Sequence record: PP496436.1
Direction: 5' to 3' (one strand)
Length of the DNA: 64,000 nt
Positions 9,826-17,742 of this stretch are shown piece after piece. How positions within the stretch are numbered: position 1 is the first letter of the stretch; the number at the start of each line of letters is the position of its first letter. The notes under the pieces are model-generated. The model did no database searches, was not told the origin of the DNA, and saw only the letters and a list, made by a program, of their open reading frames with translations. The translations under genes and the position numbers were made by a program.

Positions 9826-11037
9826 ATGATCAAATTCGTGGAGATATCCGCACCTAGTTCGGACTTCGCCAAGACCCTCAAGAAAGGCATACGGGTCGTG
9901 GTCAACATGGGATCTACTAAGGAACCGTCCTATTGGATGGCGACTGTAGCAAAGAACAATGCAGCGAAGGGCACCGTCAACCTGAACTTCGATGATGGAG
10001 ACGTGGCCGAGTACAAAGCTATCAAGTCCAAGGTGGGTATTGTCGGGATCGGAGTTGCCAAAGTCCGCAAGACTGAAATCCCATTGTCTCAGGTTGGCAA
10101 GTGGCTTACTAGTGAGGAAACTACATCACAGTCCTCCTACCTTTCTGACCCTGTCCAGAAGTTTTTAGCTAAGTGGGTAGACTCCTTTGATAAGGACGGG
10201 GCCAATCCTTCAAATAAGAAATACTTGTTAAAGACAATGAAGGACTTATTACCTAACATACCCGAAGAGTATAGAAAACATACGGGTATCCTTTTCCGAG
10301 GGGTTAGGCTACCAGTAGAGGCTGTAACTTCTATTCTCGCGGGTTCTCGACTAAAATTTAAAGATGAATTCATTTCGTATTCCTCCGATAGAGATGCTGC
10401 TGTAAAATTTGCGGCCTATGTAGACTATGATAAAGGAAAAGAACAAATAGGGATAGTAATAAAAGAGGCTAGTAACTCTGTTGCGGTTAATATCTTTGAG
10501 GTATGGGATAACATCTCGTCAAAGTACAAAGATATACATTCTCAATCATTTGTAGACGAGGAAAAAGAAGTAGTACTTCAAAACTCCAACCTGGGACTAG
10601 CTACTTCACAGATTGATATGCTACTTATATCTAAAGGTAAAATAAAATCATTAGGGAAGCAGGAGCCTCCCGGCTGGAATAAGTTTCTTAAATCAAGTGG
10701 AATACTTAAAGACATATATTGCATTCCCAACACTAAAGATAATATTAAGGGTGTACAAGAAGTCCTTAGTTTGAACACGACAACTCTTATGAATCCGCAG
10801 AAGGTGTCGGCTGTACTAACCAAACTAGGATTTCCTAAATCTAACGGGGAAACATTTAGGACGTTGTACCTTCCTGACCTAGAGCTTTCTATAAAAGCGT
10901 CTATGGTTCCTCAAGGAATACTGTTCGAGACTGGTAAGGGCTGGCGATTTGCCAAGTTTGAGTATAAACAGGTAGGGATAGCAGAGGATGAAGCATCCGC
11001 TATCAATTTATTTAATAGGATAGCCAAACAAAGATAA
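9826..11037 (+). CDS. Tudor/SH3-like module fused to an R-S-E class ADP-ribosyltransferase-like domain
   Basis: aa13-94 closely similar to the module at 11700-11945; downstream LFRG...ISYSSD...EEKEVVL catalytic motif order; AT-rich from about 10108. Confidence 0.7.
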   Translation: MIKFVEISAPSSDFAKTLKKGIRVVVNMGSTKEPSYWMATVAKNNAAKGTVNLNFDDGDVAEYKAIKSKVGIVGIGVAKVRKTEIPLSQVGKWLTSEETTSQSSYLSDPVQKFLAKWVDSFDKDGANPSNKKYLLKTMKDLLPNIPEEYRKHTGILFRGVRLPVEAVTSILAGSRLKFKDEFISYSSDRDAAVKFAAYVDYDKGKEQIGIVIKEASNSVAVNIFEVWDNISSKYKDIHSQSFVDEEKEVVLQNSNLGLATSQIDMLLISKGKIKSLGKQEPPGWNKFLKSSGILKDIYCIPNTKDNIKGVQEVLSLNTTTLMNPQKVSAVLTKLGFPKSNGETFRTLYLPDLELSIKASMVPQGILFETGKGWRFAKFEYKQVGIAEDEASAINLFNRIAKQR

Positions 11038-11040
11038 TAG

Positions 11041-11070
11041 TTGCACGGGCTGTTTTGGGTGTGCTATAAT
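11041..11070 (+). promoter_or_regulatory. sigma70-type early promoter
   Basis: TTGCAC-18bp-TATAAT with extended -10 TG. Confidence 0.8.
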
Positions 11071-11123
11071 AGCACCATGGCACTATTCAAGCGCCGCCCA
11101 CTATCCCAATGAGGAAAGCAACC

Positions 11124-12833
11124 ATGACCAGATTGACCCTAGCAACCGTTAACGCCGAGATCGCAAAGTCCGGGGGCAAAGAAACTCTGGTCAAGGGTAA
11201 GGGCTACTTCTACTGGATTGGTGGCCGTGCCGACGCTGATCCTCAAATCTGGACTTCCATTTACGTTGCTGCGCTAAACCAGATGACGCTGGCCCAGTGG
11301 CTGGAAGACTGGAAGCGCAATGACGACCAATACAACAAACCTACTCCCGACAAGGAAACCCGCAAAATGGCTATCAGACACGTTCAGACCCTCGCAGCTC
11401 CTGCTCGTCCAAAACCGCCTACCGGTGCAAAAGCAGGTGGCGGCAAGTCAATCGAAGAGAGAATCGAATGGAATGAAGGTAGGATCAAGGAGGCTACTGC
11501 GGAACTGAAAGCCACCAAAGATCCGAAAGCTATTGACAAGATCAAAAAGCAGATTGATATCTACAAGGGTAACATCGCCGGTTTCAAGAAAAGGCTGAAC
11601 CCGGAAAAGAAACCAGCACCGGCCAAAGGTCCTAGCGGTGCTGCTGCCAAGAAGCGTACCACTGCTACTGCTGCACAGGAGACTGCGTCCCCGGCTACCG
11701 ACTTCGCCAAGTCGTTGAAGAAGGGCGTTCGTGTACTGGTCAATCTCGGCAACACCAAAGAGCCGTCCTACTTCCTCGGCGCCATCACCAAGAACAACGC
11801 CAGCAAGGGTTCGGTCAACGTGCTGTTCGATGACGGCGACGTTGCAGAGGTCCGTGCGATCAAATCCAAGGTCGGCATCGTGGGTATCGCCATCGACAAG
11901 GTACGCAAGTCGGAAGTGCCAGCTGATCAGATCAGCAAGTGGCTGGCTGGTGCGGCACCAGCGACCAAGACCCCCGCCAAGCCTAACGAGCTGAAGAAGT
12001 CGCTGGATATCCTCGGTCCGAAGAAGGACTCCAAGGTGCCCTCCAAGCCCGTGAGTAAGGACACCGAAGTACAAGATATGTATGGTCAGCTGGTGGACAA
12101 GATGACAGCTATCTTGAAAGCCAAGAAGAAGTACAGCCCAGCGTTGGATAAGGCAATTGATGACTACGCCAAGCTGCCTACGTCAACCAGCAAGGCCAAG
12201 AAGATCGAAGCTTTGCAGGCAGCTATCGGACTCGCTGATTCTCAGCTGGGTAAGTCCAAACCGTTCAGCCCAGCGGAAGCCCGGAAGGTCATCGGTGCTA
12301 TCCCCGGCTGGAAGTCATCCAACGTGAAGAACAAAGCGTCAGCCACGTTCACCAAAGATTACCCGAACGGTGTCACCGCTACTGCTTACGTCTTCCCACA
12401 ATATGTGTCGTTCCAATACCCGCAAGGTGAGAATGATCACATCAGCGACTTGTCCAAGATCGCAGCTTACATAAAGCAGATCGACGATGATCAAGCAGTA
12501 ACACCCGACCAAGGTAAAGCACTGGATGATCTGGCCAAGGCATTGAAGGGCTGGCCGAACAAGGTCCTCCCACGGGATGCCGACGAAGACAACTTCCTGC
12601 TGCGCGGGTTTGAAGATGATGATCTCCCGGCTGATGTGGAGCCAACTGCTGACGCCATCGAAGCGCACGCAATCTCGATCTTCAAGAAGATGAAAAGTGT
12701 TGACAACTTCAAGAAGAGCAAGATGTACCACGGCGACAACACATACTCCTTCTCGGCTGGCGGCACCGTGGGCTACGTGTACTTCGATGAAGATGGCGTC
12801 GGCATGGTCCGGGCAACACCGTTCGAAGAGTAA
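11124..12833 (+). CDS. Modular Lys-rich protein containing the Tudor/SH3-like module; possible internal start at 11367
   Basis: SD GAGGA before ATG 11124; module DFAKSLKKGVRVLVNLG...FDDGD...KWL at 11700-11945. Confidence 0.7.
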   Translation: MTRLTLATVNAEIAKSGGKETLVKGKGYFYWIGGRADADPQIWTSIYVAALNQMTLAQWLEDWKRNDDQYNKPTPDKETRKMAIRHVQTLAAPARPKPPTGAKAGGGKSIEERIEWNEGRIKEATAELKATKDPKAIDKIKKQIDIYKGNIAGFKKRLNPEKKPAPAKGPSGAAAKKRTTATAAQETASPATDFAKSLKKGVRVLVNLGNTKEPSYFLGAITKNNASKGSVNVLFDDGDVAEVRAIKSKVGIVGIAIDKVRKSEVPADQISKWLAGAAPATKTPAKPNELKKSLDILGPKKDSKVPSKPVSKDTEVQDMYGQLVDKMTAILKAKKKYSPALDKAIDDYAKLPTSTSKAKKIEALQAAIGLADSQLGKSKPFSPAEARKVIGAIPGWKSSNVKNKASATFTKDYPNGVTATAYVFPQYVSFQYPQGENDHISDLSKIAAYIKQIDDDQAVTPDQGKALDDLAKALKGWPNKVLPRDADEDNFLLRGFEDDDLPADVEPTADAIEAHAISIFKKMKSVDNFKKSKMYHGDNTYSFSAGGTVGYVYFDEDGVGMVRATPFEE

Positions 12834-12844
12834 GCTGTAAATGA

Positions 12845-12974
12845 TCCATGTATCGGAGGTACCGGGGCTAGAGTCATAGCTGGTTCCGGGAGTCACCCTA
12901 AGAGGTGTTGTGCTGAGGATTTCACCCTCTTAGGTTTCGTCCGCGCTTTCCTTACCGATTGCGCGGACTTTTTT
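12845..12974 (+). ncRNA. Candidate structured small RNA ending in an intrinsic terminator
   Basis: Follows a CTGTAAATGA motif; 11-bp stem 12897-12934; terminator GTCCGCGC/GCGCGGAC-T6 at 12939-12974; no credible ORF. Confidence 0.35.
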
Positions 12975-13000
12975 ATCTGCAAAATATATTCGAAAATAAG

Positions 13001-13030
13001 TTGTACACAATGATGCCCACGTGCTATACT
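13001..13030 (+). promoter_or_regulatory. sigma70-type early promoter
   Basis: TTGTAC-18bp-TATACT, extended -10 TG, AT-rich UP region. Confidence 0.75.
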
Positions 13031-13101
13031 GGAATCACGGGGGCGTGATGCCCCACCAATACCGGCCCGAACGGCCACCACTGTCCCGAGAGGAATGCAC
13101 C

Positions 13102-13419
13102 ATGCCAGCCATGAAGCCAAAGACCACCCCAAGCGAACGCGACGTCCAGATTGCAATAAGCCAACTGGAAAATTTGAAGCTGGTAGCGATGGGTGAGATG
13201 GATCCGGTATATCGCGATGATCTGCAGTCGTGGTTGGCCGACTGGTATCCAGACTTTTCGTGGAACCCTAACCAGTCAAGCGTTCAGATTCAAGCGATGG
13301 TTAACCTTCCAGAGTTCGCTGACGTCGAATTAAATCTTAACCGTCGGTATGATGTGGACTTCTACAAAGAGTTGGCTGACGGCGTAGCAGAGTCCTGTGA
13401 CTACCAACTCTCGCGTTGA
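13102..13419 (+). CDS. Hypothetical early protein
   Basis: Conserved leader CTGTCCC-GAGAGGA before ATG 13102. Confidence 0.65.
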   Translation: MPAMKPKTTPSERDVQIAISQLENLKLVAMGEMDPVYRDDLQSWLADWYPDFSWNPNQSSVQIQAMVNLPEFADVELNLNRRYDVDFYKELADGVAESCDYQLSR

Positions 13420-13462
13420 CTCCCCGTTGTCCAATCAACCCTATCCCAAAGAGGAATGCACC

Positions 13463-13936
13463 ATGACTTTCAAGTTCGCTCCAGAGTTCGACGTTGCCAG
13501 CCGCACTTACCGTATCGAGTCTGACTTCGCTACCAAGGTGTTGACTTTCATTGAAACACTGTGGGGACTGCCGGGCGCTGGTGGTACGCCGATCATGGAA
13601 CGTTCCATTCAGATGTCCATGCAGAAGACCGAAAGCCACGAGATTCGTGTTACTAACTACTTCCAAGACAGCACGCTGCTGAAGACTGTCGTGGCCGTCC
13701 GTGCTTTCATGGACATGCGAGATGCGCCTAGCGCCGTGACCAATCACGTGTTCGTAGACGGGTTTGTCCCGAGCGAATCGTGGGGCTCAGACATCATGAT
13801 GACCTTCAACTCGATCATCATGGACGCCAACAAGTGGATGCGGGTAGCCGCTGAGATTGGTGTGGATCAGAGCATCCACTTGAATGAACTCCAGATGGAC
13901 ATGCAGGACAAGATGAACAAGGCCACTGGGCTCTGA
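13463..13936 (+). CDS. Hypothetical early protein
   Basis: Conserved leader CTATCCC-AAAGAGGA before ATG 13463. Confidence 0.7.
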   Translation: MTFKFAPEFDVASRTYRIESDFATKVLTFIETLWGLPGAGGTPIMERSIQMSMQKTESHEIRVTNYFQDSTLLKTVVAVRAFMDMRDAPSAVTNHVFVDGFVPSESWGSDIMMTFNSIIMDANKWMRVAAEIGVDQSIHLNELQMDMQDKMNKATGL

Positions 13937-13995
13937 TCCACAACCGGGACCGCAAGGTCCCACCCCAACCTAATATCCCAAAGAGGAACGCAACA

Positions 13996-14484
13996 ATGAA
14001 CAAGCACAATCTCGCAACTGGTTCCCTGATCCTTCTCGTCACCGGCTTTCTGATGGCAGGTGTTGTAACTCAAGCAAGCGCCGCAATGATCGCTCCCCCG
14101 GTCCTCCAGACGAATGGTAATGGTCCGGCACCGTCCGCCAACTTCGCCCGCAACGAAGAGATGTTCTGCAAGAAGCTGGGCCGCGTGTCGTATACCGCCG
14201 CTCAGATGCGTGAAGCTGAAGCCACACAGGAAGAGACCACGGCTGCGGTAAGCATGATGACCACCACGCTGCGTCCAGACACCCGTGAGATGATGATGTA
14301 CTCCGTTGTCAACGCGGTGTACGAAGATGCTGCAAAGCTCACGCCAGAAGAGATATCGTTGAATTTGTTCTCTAATTGTATGGGACGCGTTGATCCCGCA
14401 ACCACGTACACTCAGAACGGACGCCCACCGGTACAGCAAGCACCGACAGCGGTTTCCACTACGCCCAGACCAATCACCCATTAA
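13996..14484 (+). CDS. Secreted/periplasmic hypothetical protein
   Basis: Signal-peptide-like N-terminus ending ASA; two Cys; conserved leader. Confidence 0.65.
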   Translation: MNKHNLATGSLILLVTGFLMAGVVTQASAAMIAPPVLQTNGNGPAPSANFARNEEMFCKKLGRVSYTAAQMREAEATQEETTAAVSMMTTTLRPDTREMMMYSVVNAVYEDAAKLTPEEISLNLFSNCMGRVDPATTYTQNGRPPVQQAPTAVSTTPRPITH

Positions 14485-14513
14485 CCCACGCTGACCGCGT
14501 AAGGTAGACTACC

Positions 14514-14822
14514 GTGAAAGACAAAATCGCCCTCGTAATTTTTGCTGTGTATCTGATGTTCGTGCCCATCGCGCAGGCAGCAGACACCAACGTTATCGGC
14601 ACTCAATACGAAACGTGGGAGAAAGGCGTAGCCGCTTGCCTACGTACCCAGGTGGTTGGTGGGTACGGATGTGACAACGGCGATGGCGTCAAGCTGTTCT
14701 CCCAGTACGTGCAAGCGATCTTGGATAGTAACGGTAGGGAATCCTACAAGAGTCGAGTGGTCGCACTCGACTACCGAGGTGATGGCGCGATCATCATTCA
14801 TTACGTGTTCACCCGCAAGTAA
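14514..14822 (+). CDS. Secreted small protein, paralogue of 18975..19331
   Basis: Signal peptide ending AQA; G.YE...GV..C and G.GC motifs shared with the paralogue. Confidence 0.65.
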   Translation: MKDKIALVIFAVYLMFVPIAQAADTNVIGTQYETWEKGVAACLRTQVVGGYGCDNGDGVKLFSQYVQAILDSNGRESYKSRVVALDYRGDGAIIIHYVFTRK

Positions 14823-14826
14823 CGTC

Positions 14827-14860
14827 AAGCCCGCCCGGATAGCCCCGAGGTGGGCTTTTT
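14827..14860 (+). terminator. Intrinsic terminator (near-identical to 29681..29710)
   Basis: AGCCCGCC...GGTGGGCT followed by a T-run. Confidence 0.75.
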
Positions 14861-14901
14861 CGTTTCCGGCGCACCATCGATGCTGGGATATCGGCATCGC
14901 A

Positions 14902-14923
14902 CCGCCTGCGTGATCCTACGCGG
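14902..14923. repeat. Exact 22-nt direct repeat, copy 1 (copy 2 at 55467..55488)
   Basis: CCGCCTGCGTGATCCTACGCGG read at both positions. Confidence 0.9.
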
Positions 14924-15090
14924 TTGGGTACACTGCCAGTCGGGCACTGATCAACGTGGCTAAGGGCTAATTTAATCGGTAAATGATTGACAGTCCCACC
15001 AAGAACCATCCTACCTAAATGCATCTTGCAGGTAAGCACCGCCATTAATTCAAGGGGTCTGCGGCCCCACCGTTTCGGAGCACAAACAGA

Positions 15091-16269
15091 ATGACGAAGA
15101 AGATTGGTACAGCACTGGCCGCACTGGTGTGCATGTTGACACTACAAGGTCAGGCCCATGCCGACTACGACACCAAGGCTTGCAACGTGTCGTTCACGGA
15201 AGAGCAGGAACGAATACTGGGGAGTGCCCATCAGGTAGGTTCCCCGGTTAACTTCGGAGTGACTCTCCAAGCCATCGCGTGGAAAGAGTCCTTTGTCGGG
15301 GACAAGGTAGTTCGCGCTAACCCAACCGACGGGCGTTACGGTTCTTACGGCATCACCCACGTGCAGCTCTCGACGGGCGCATGGATGCTGGACCAGAAGC
15401 CTACCAAACCATTCCGAACAGGTCTCCGCAACGATCTAGTAACAGACGACAGCTATGCGCTACAGTTCGCCGCTGCCTACCTGGTGCACACGGAAACCAT
15501 CGCCAAGAAGATCACCCGTGACGGTAACCGCCAATGGCGAGCCACGGTGGCGTCTTACAACGGATCAGGTGCCCAAGCGCGCCGCTACGTGGAAGACGTT
15601 GCCGACAAAGTATCCTACCTTAAATCATGTGGGTTGACCAAGACCATGAAACGAATCAGTACGCCGCTGGTTGCTGCAGACAGCACCGCCAAGAAGTCCG
15701 CCAAGGAAAAGCTGAAGGATAGGCTGGCGGAAAAGCGTGTGGCTACGGCAGTGGCCGAGACCAAATCCAAGCGCCCCAACACCAAGTCTCGCAAAGTGGC
15801 GGATGAACCCGTCAAGGTGAAGCGTGCCCGTGACGTACTGGCCGCCGCCGGTGCACTCCCGCGCAAGTCTCCGAAGTCAGTCCTTCGCAATGCGGATCCG
15901 CTGACCAAAGAGTACATCCAGAAGAAGACGATGGACATCTACGAGCGTGCACTCAAGCGGGCCAAAGGTGATCCTACCGTAATCGCATGGGCCAAGGGGT
16001 TGGCGGTCAAGCACATCAAAGACCCACTGGATCAACAGTTCATGTTCTCAGTGCACACACTGGCAGCATGCTGTGTTGCCGGTGGGCAGACGAAGTTTCA
16101 AGCCGATCTGGACTTCCTCAACTTGATGCTGGCAACCTATCTGAACCCGAGCGTGGCACTGGTGTTCAAGAACGGCAAGTTCGACGCCGCACTGGTCAGT
16201 AAGGAAGAAGCCGCCGAGCGTATGCACAACGAAGACGGAATCAGCGTCATCTACAGCGTTATCGTATAA
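15091..16269 (+). CDS. Exported SLT-family lytic transglycosylase with basic linker and extra C-terminal domain
   Basis: Signal peptide ending AHA; AIAWKES (catalytic Glu), SYGITHVQ and ASYNG motifs. Confidence 0.75.
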   Translation: MTKKIGTALAALVCMLTLQGQAHADYDTKACNVSFTEEQERILGSAHQVGSPVNFGVTLQAIAWKESFVGDKVVRANPTDGRYGSYGITHVQLSTGAWMLDQKPTKPFRTGLRNDLVTDDSYALQFAAAYLVHTETIAKKITRDGNRQWRATVASYNGSGAQARRYVEDVADKVSYLKSCGLTKTMKRISTPLVAADSTAKKSAKEKLKDRLAEKRVATAVAETKSKRPNTKSRKVADEPVKVKRARDVLAAAGALPRKSPKSVLRNADPLTKEYIQKKTMDIYERALKRAKGDPTVIAWAKGLAVKHIKDPLDQQFMFSVHTLAACCVAGGQTKFQADLDFLNLMLATYLNPSVALVFKNGKFDAALVSKEEAAERMHNEDGISVIYSVIV

Positions 16270-16279
16270 GGAGAGCATC

Positions 16280-16450
16280 ATGGCAAGTTCCAATAAGAAA
16301 GACAAGTACCAAGACATTGACGTGGAACTTGCCATTCTCACCACGGTAAAGACGGTAACGACGGGTAAGCAGCTGACGGACAAAGTGCGAGAGGCGTTCC
16401 CTGACCTCTCTGCCGAACAACTCAAACGTTGCCTGAACAAGTTCTGCTGA
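16280..16450 (+). CDS. 56-aa hypothetical protein (absent from ORF track)
   Basis: SD AGGAG; MASSNKKDKY...KRCLNKFC. Confidence 0.55.
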   Translation: MASSNKKDKYQDIDVELAILTTVKTVTTGKQLTDKVREAFPDLSAEQLKRCLNKFC

Positions 16451-16462
16451 GAATATCCTATT

Positions 16463-16735
16463 ATGACTCCTATCCCTGCTAATCAGGTAACTGCACATTG
16501 CACGTGCAACCGTGACTGGATCTTCAGGCATACCAGCCACGCCCCAGATGGTGATCCGTTGGGCGGCAAGCTTACCTGCTACACGTGTGGGTTGACCACA
16601 AGGTTTGACTACTCCTTCCGGGAGTCAAGGCGTATAATATGGAAGCATGAGAGCCTTGGCAACGGTGTATGGCCGATACCTGATGATGTGTGGGTGGAAT
16701 TGCAAAAGATGAATGCCCAGCGCGGGAAGAAGTAA
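16463..16735 (+). CDS. Small Cys-containing hypothetical protein
   Basis: CTC and CYTC motifs; fills the gap in the gene run. Confidence 0.5.
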   Translation: MTPIPANQVTAHCTCNRDWIFRHTSHAPDGDPLGGKLTCYTCGLTTRFDYSFRESRRIIWKHESLGNGVWPIPDDVWVELQKMNAQRGKK

Positions 16736-16760
16736 CTACCCTAATCCGAGATACCCTACC

Positions 16761-17741
16761 ATGAAATACATCATCTTCGACGTGACGGTGAGCAAAGGGG
16801 TAAAGAAGAAGGTTCCTGTGATCTTCGATGAGTTCCTTGTGCACGCGGATGTCGCCCGTAAGCTTCAAGACGTATCCAAGCCGCTGAAGCTGCGCCCGGC
16901 CACGGCAGGCTTTATCGACTTCGATGTCAAGCAGACGTACGGGAAGTCTACGTCATTGGGTATCGGTATCGGCATTGATGATTGCGAGATCATCGAGCGT
17001 ATGTATCTCACCAAGGGATATCAGAGCCCGGAAATGGATGATTTGATATCCAGTCTGGTCAGCAAAGCGGAAGCGGTCGCCAGTAAGATGGTAGGTAAGG
17101 TAGCCAACGACAACGGCCCGTTGATTTGCCCGGTATGCACGCGCCCAGACAATCGTCCGCATGAAGGTTGGCACACTATCTACAACTGCCACTTCGACTG
17201 CATCGAAGGTTATGAAGCACTGGCGGAAGGCCAACCGCTCGCGCCACCAGCCAGCGTACCCAATCTCATGGCTGCCGCACGGCAAGCTCTTGACCAGTCC
17301 CGTGCGGCGAAGCAAGAGCCTACGCTGGCCCATGCGTTCACCCATACCTGCCAACTACCCAGCGTGGTGCCGAACGTCCAGATGGACACACGCACCGCCA
17401 AGCCGCTGCTATTCACATGCCAGCGAGCCGTCCAGGCGCTCATTGCAGCGCGTCCGGCCAGCCCCCTATTCAAACGGGCGCACTGGCACTCCAAACAAGC
17501 CCTGATGGCTTCACAGCGCTTCACACAAGCATACCTGTTCCATGCGTACCAGCTCGCGGCGATGTCGGCGTGGGAGGATAACGCGGAGAAGATCGAGTGC
17601 ATGACCTTGATCAACTTGGTGCAGACCATGGACCCGCACAATGAATTACGTGACAAGGTTTTCACGGTAAATACTCAACATGGAACAGTGACTACTCACT
17701 CTCTATCCCAAGCTAAATCCTTTGCTAGCAGGCAGGTTTAA
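16761..17741 (+). CDS. Hypothetical multi-domain protein
   Basis: MKYIIFD... start; internal CPVC...CHFDC cluster. Confidence 0.6.
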   Translation: MKYIIFDVTVSKGVKKKVPVIFDEFLVHADVARKLQDVSKPLKLRPATAGFIDFDVKQTYGKSTSLGIGIGIDDCEIIERMYLTKGYQSPEMDDLISSLVSKAEAVASKMVGKVANDNGPLICPVCTRPDNRPHEGWHTIYNCHFDCIEGYEALAEGQPLAPPASVPNLMAAARQALDQSRAAKQEPTLAHAFTHTCQLPSVVPNVQMDTRTAKPLLFTCQRAVQALIAARPASPLFKRAHWHSKQALMASQRFTQAYLFHAYQLAAMSAWEDNAEKIECMTLINLVQTMDPHNELRDKVFTVNTQHGTVTTHSLSQAKSFASRQV

Positions 17742-17742
17742 A

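Noticed and set aside
12845-12974. RsmY/RsmZ-like CsrA sponge
   Set aside because: GGA words are present but not in ANGGA hairpin-loop context
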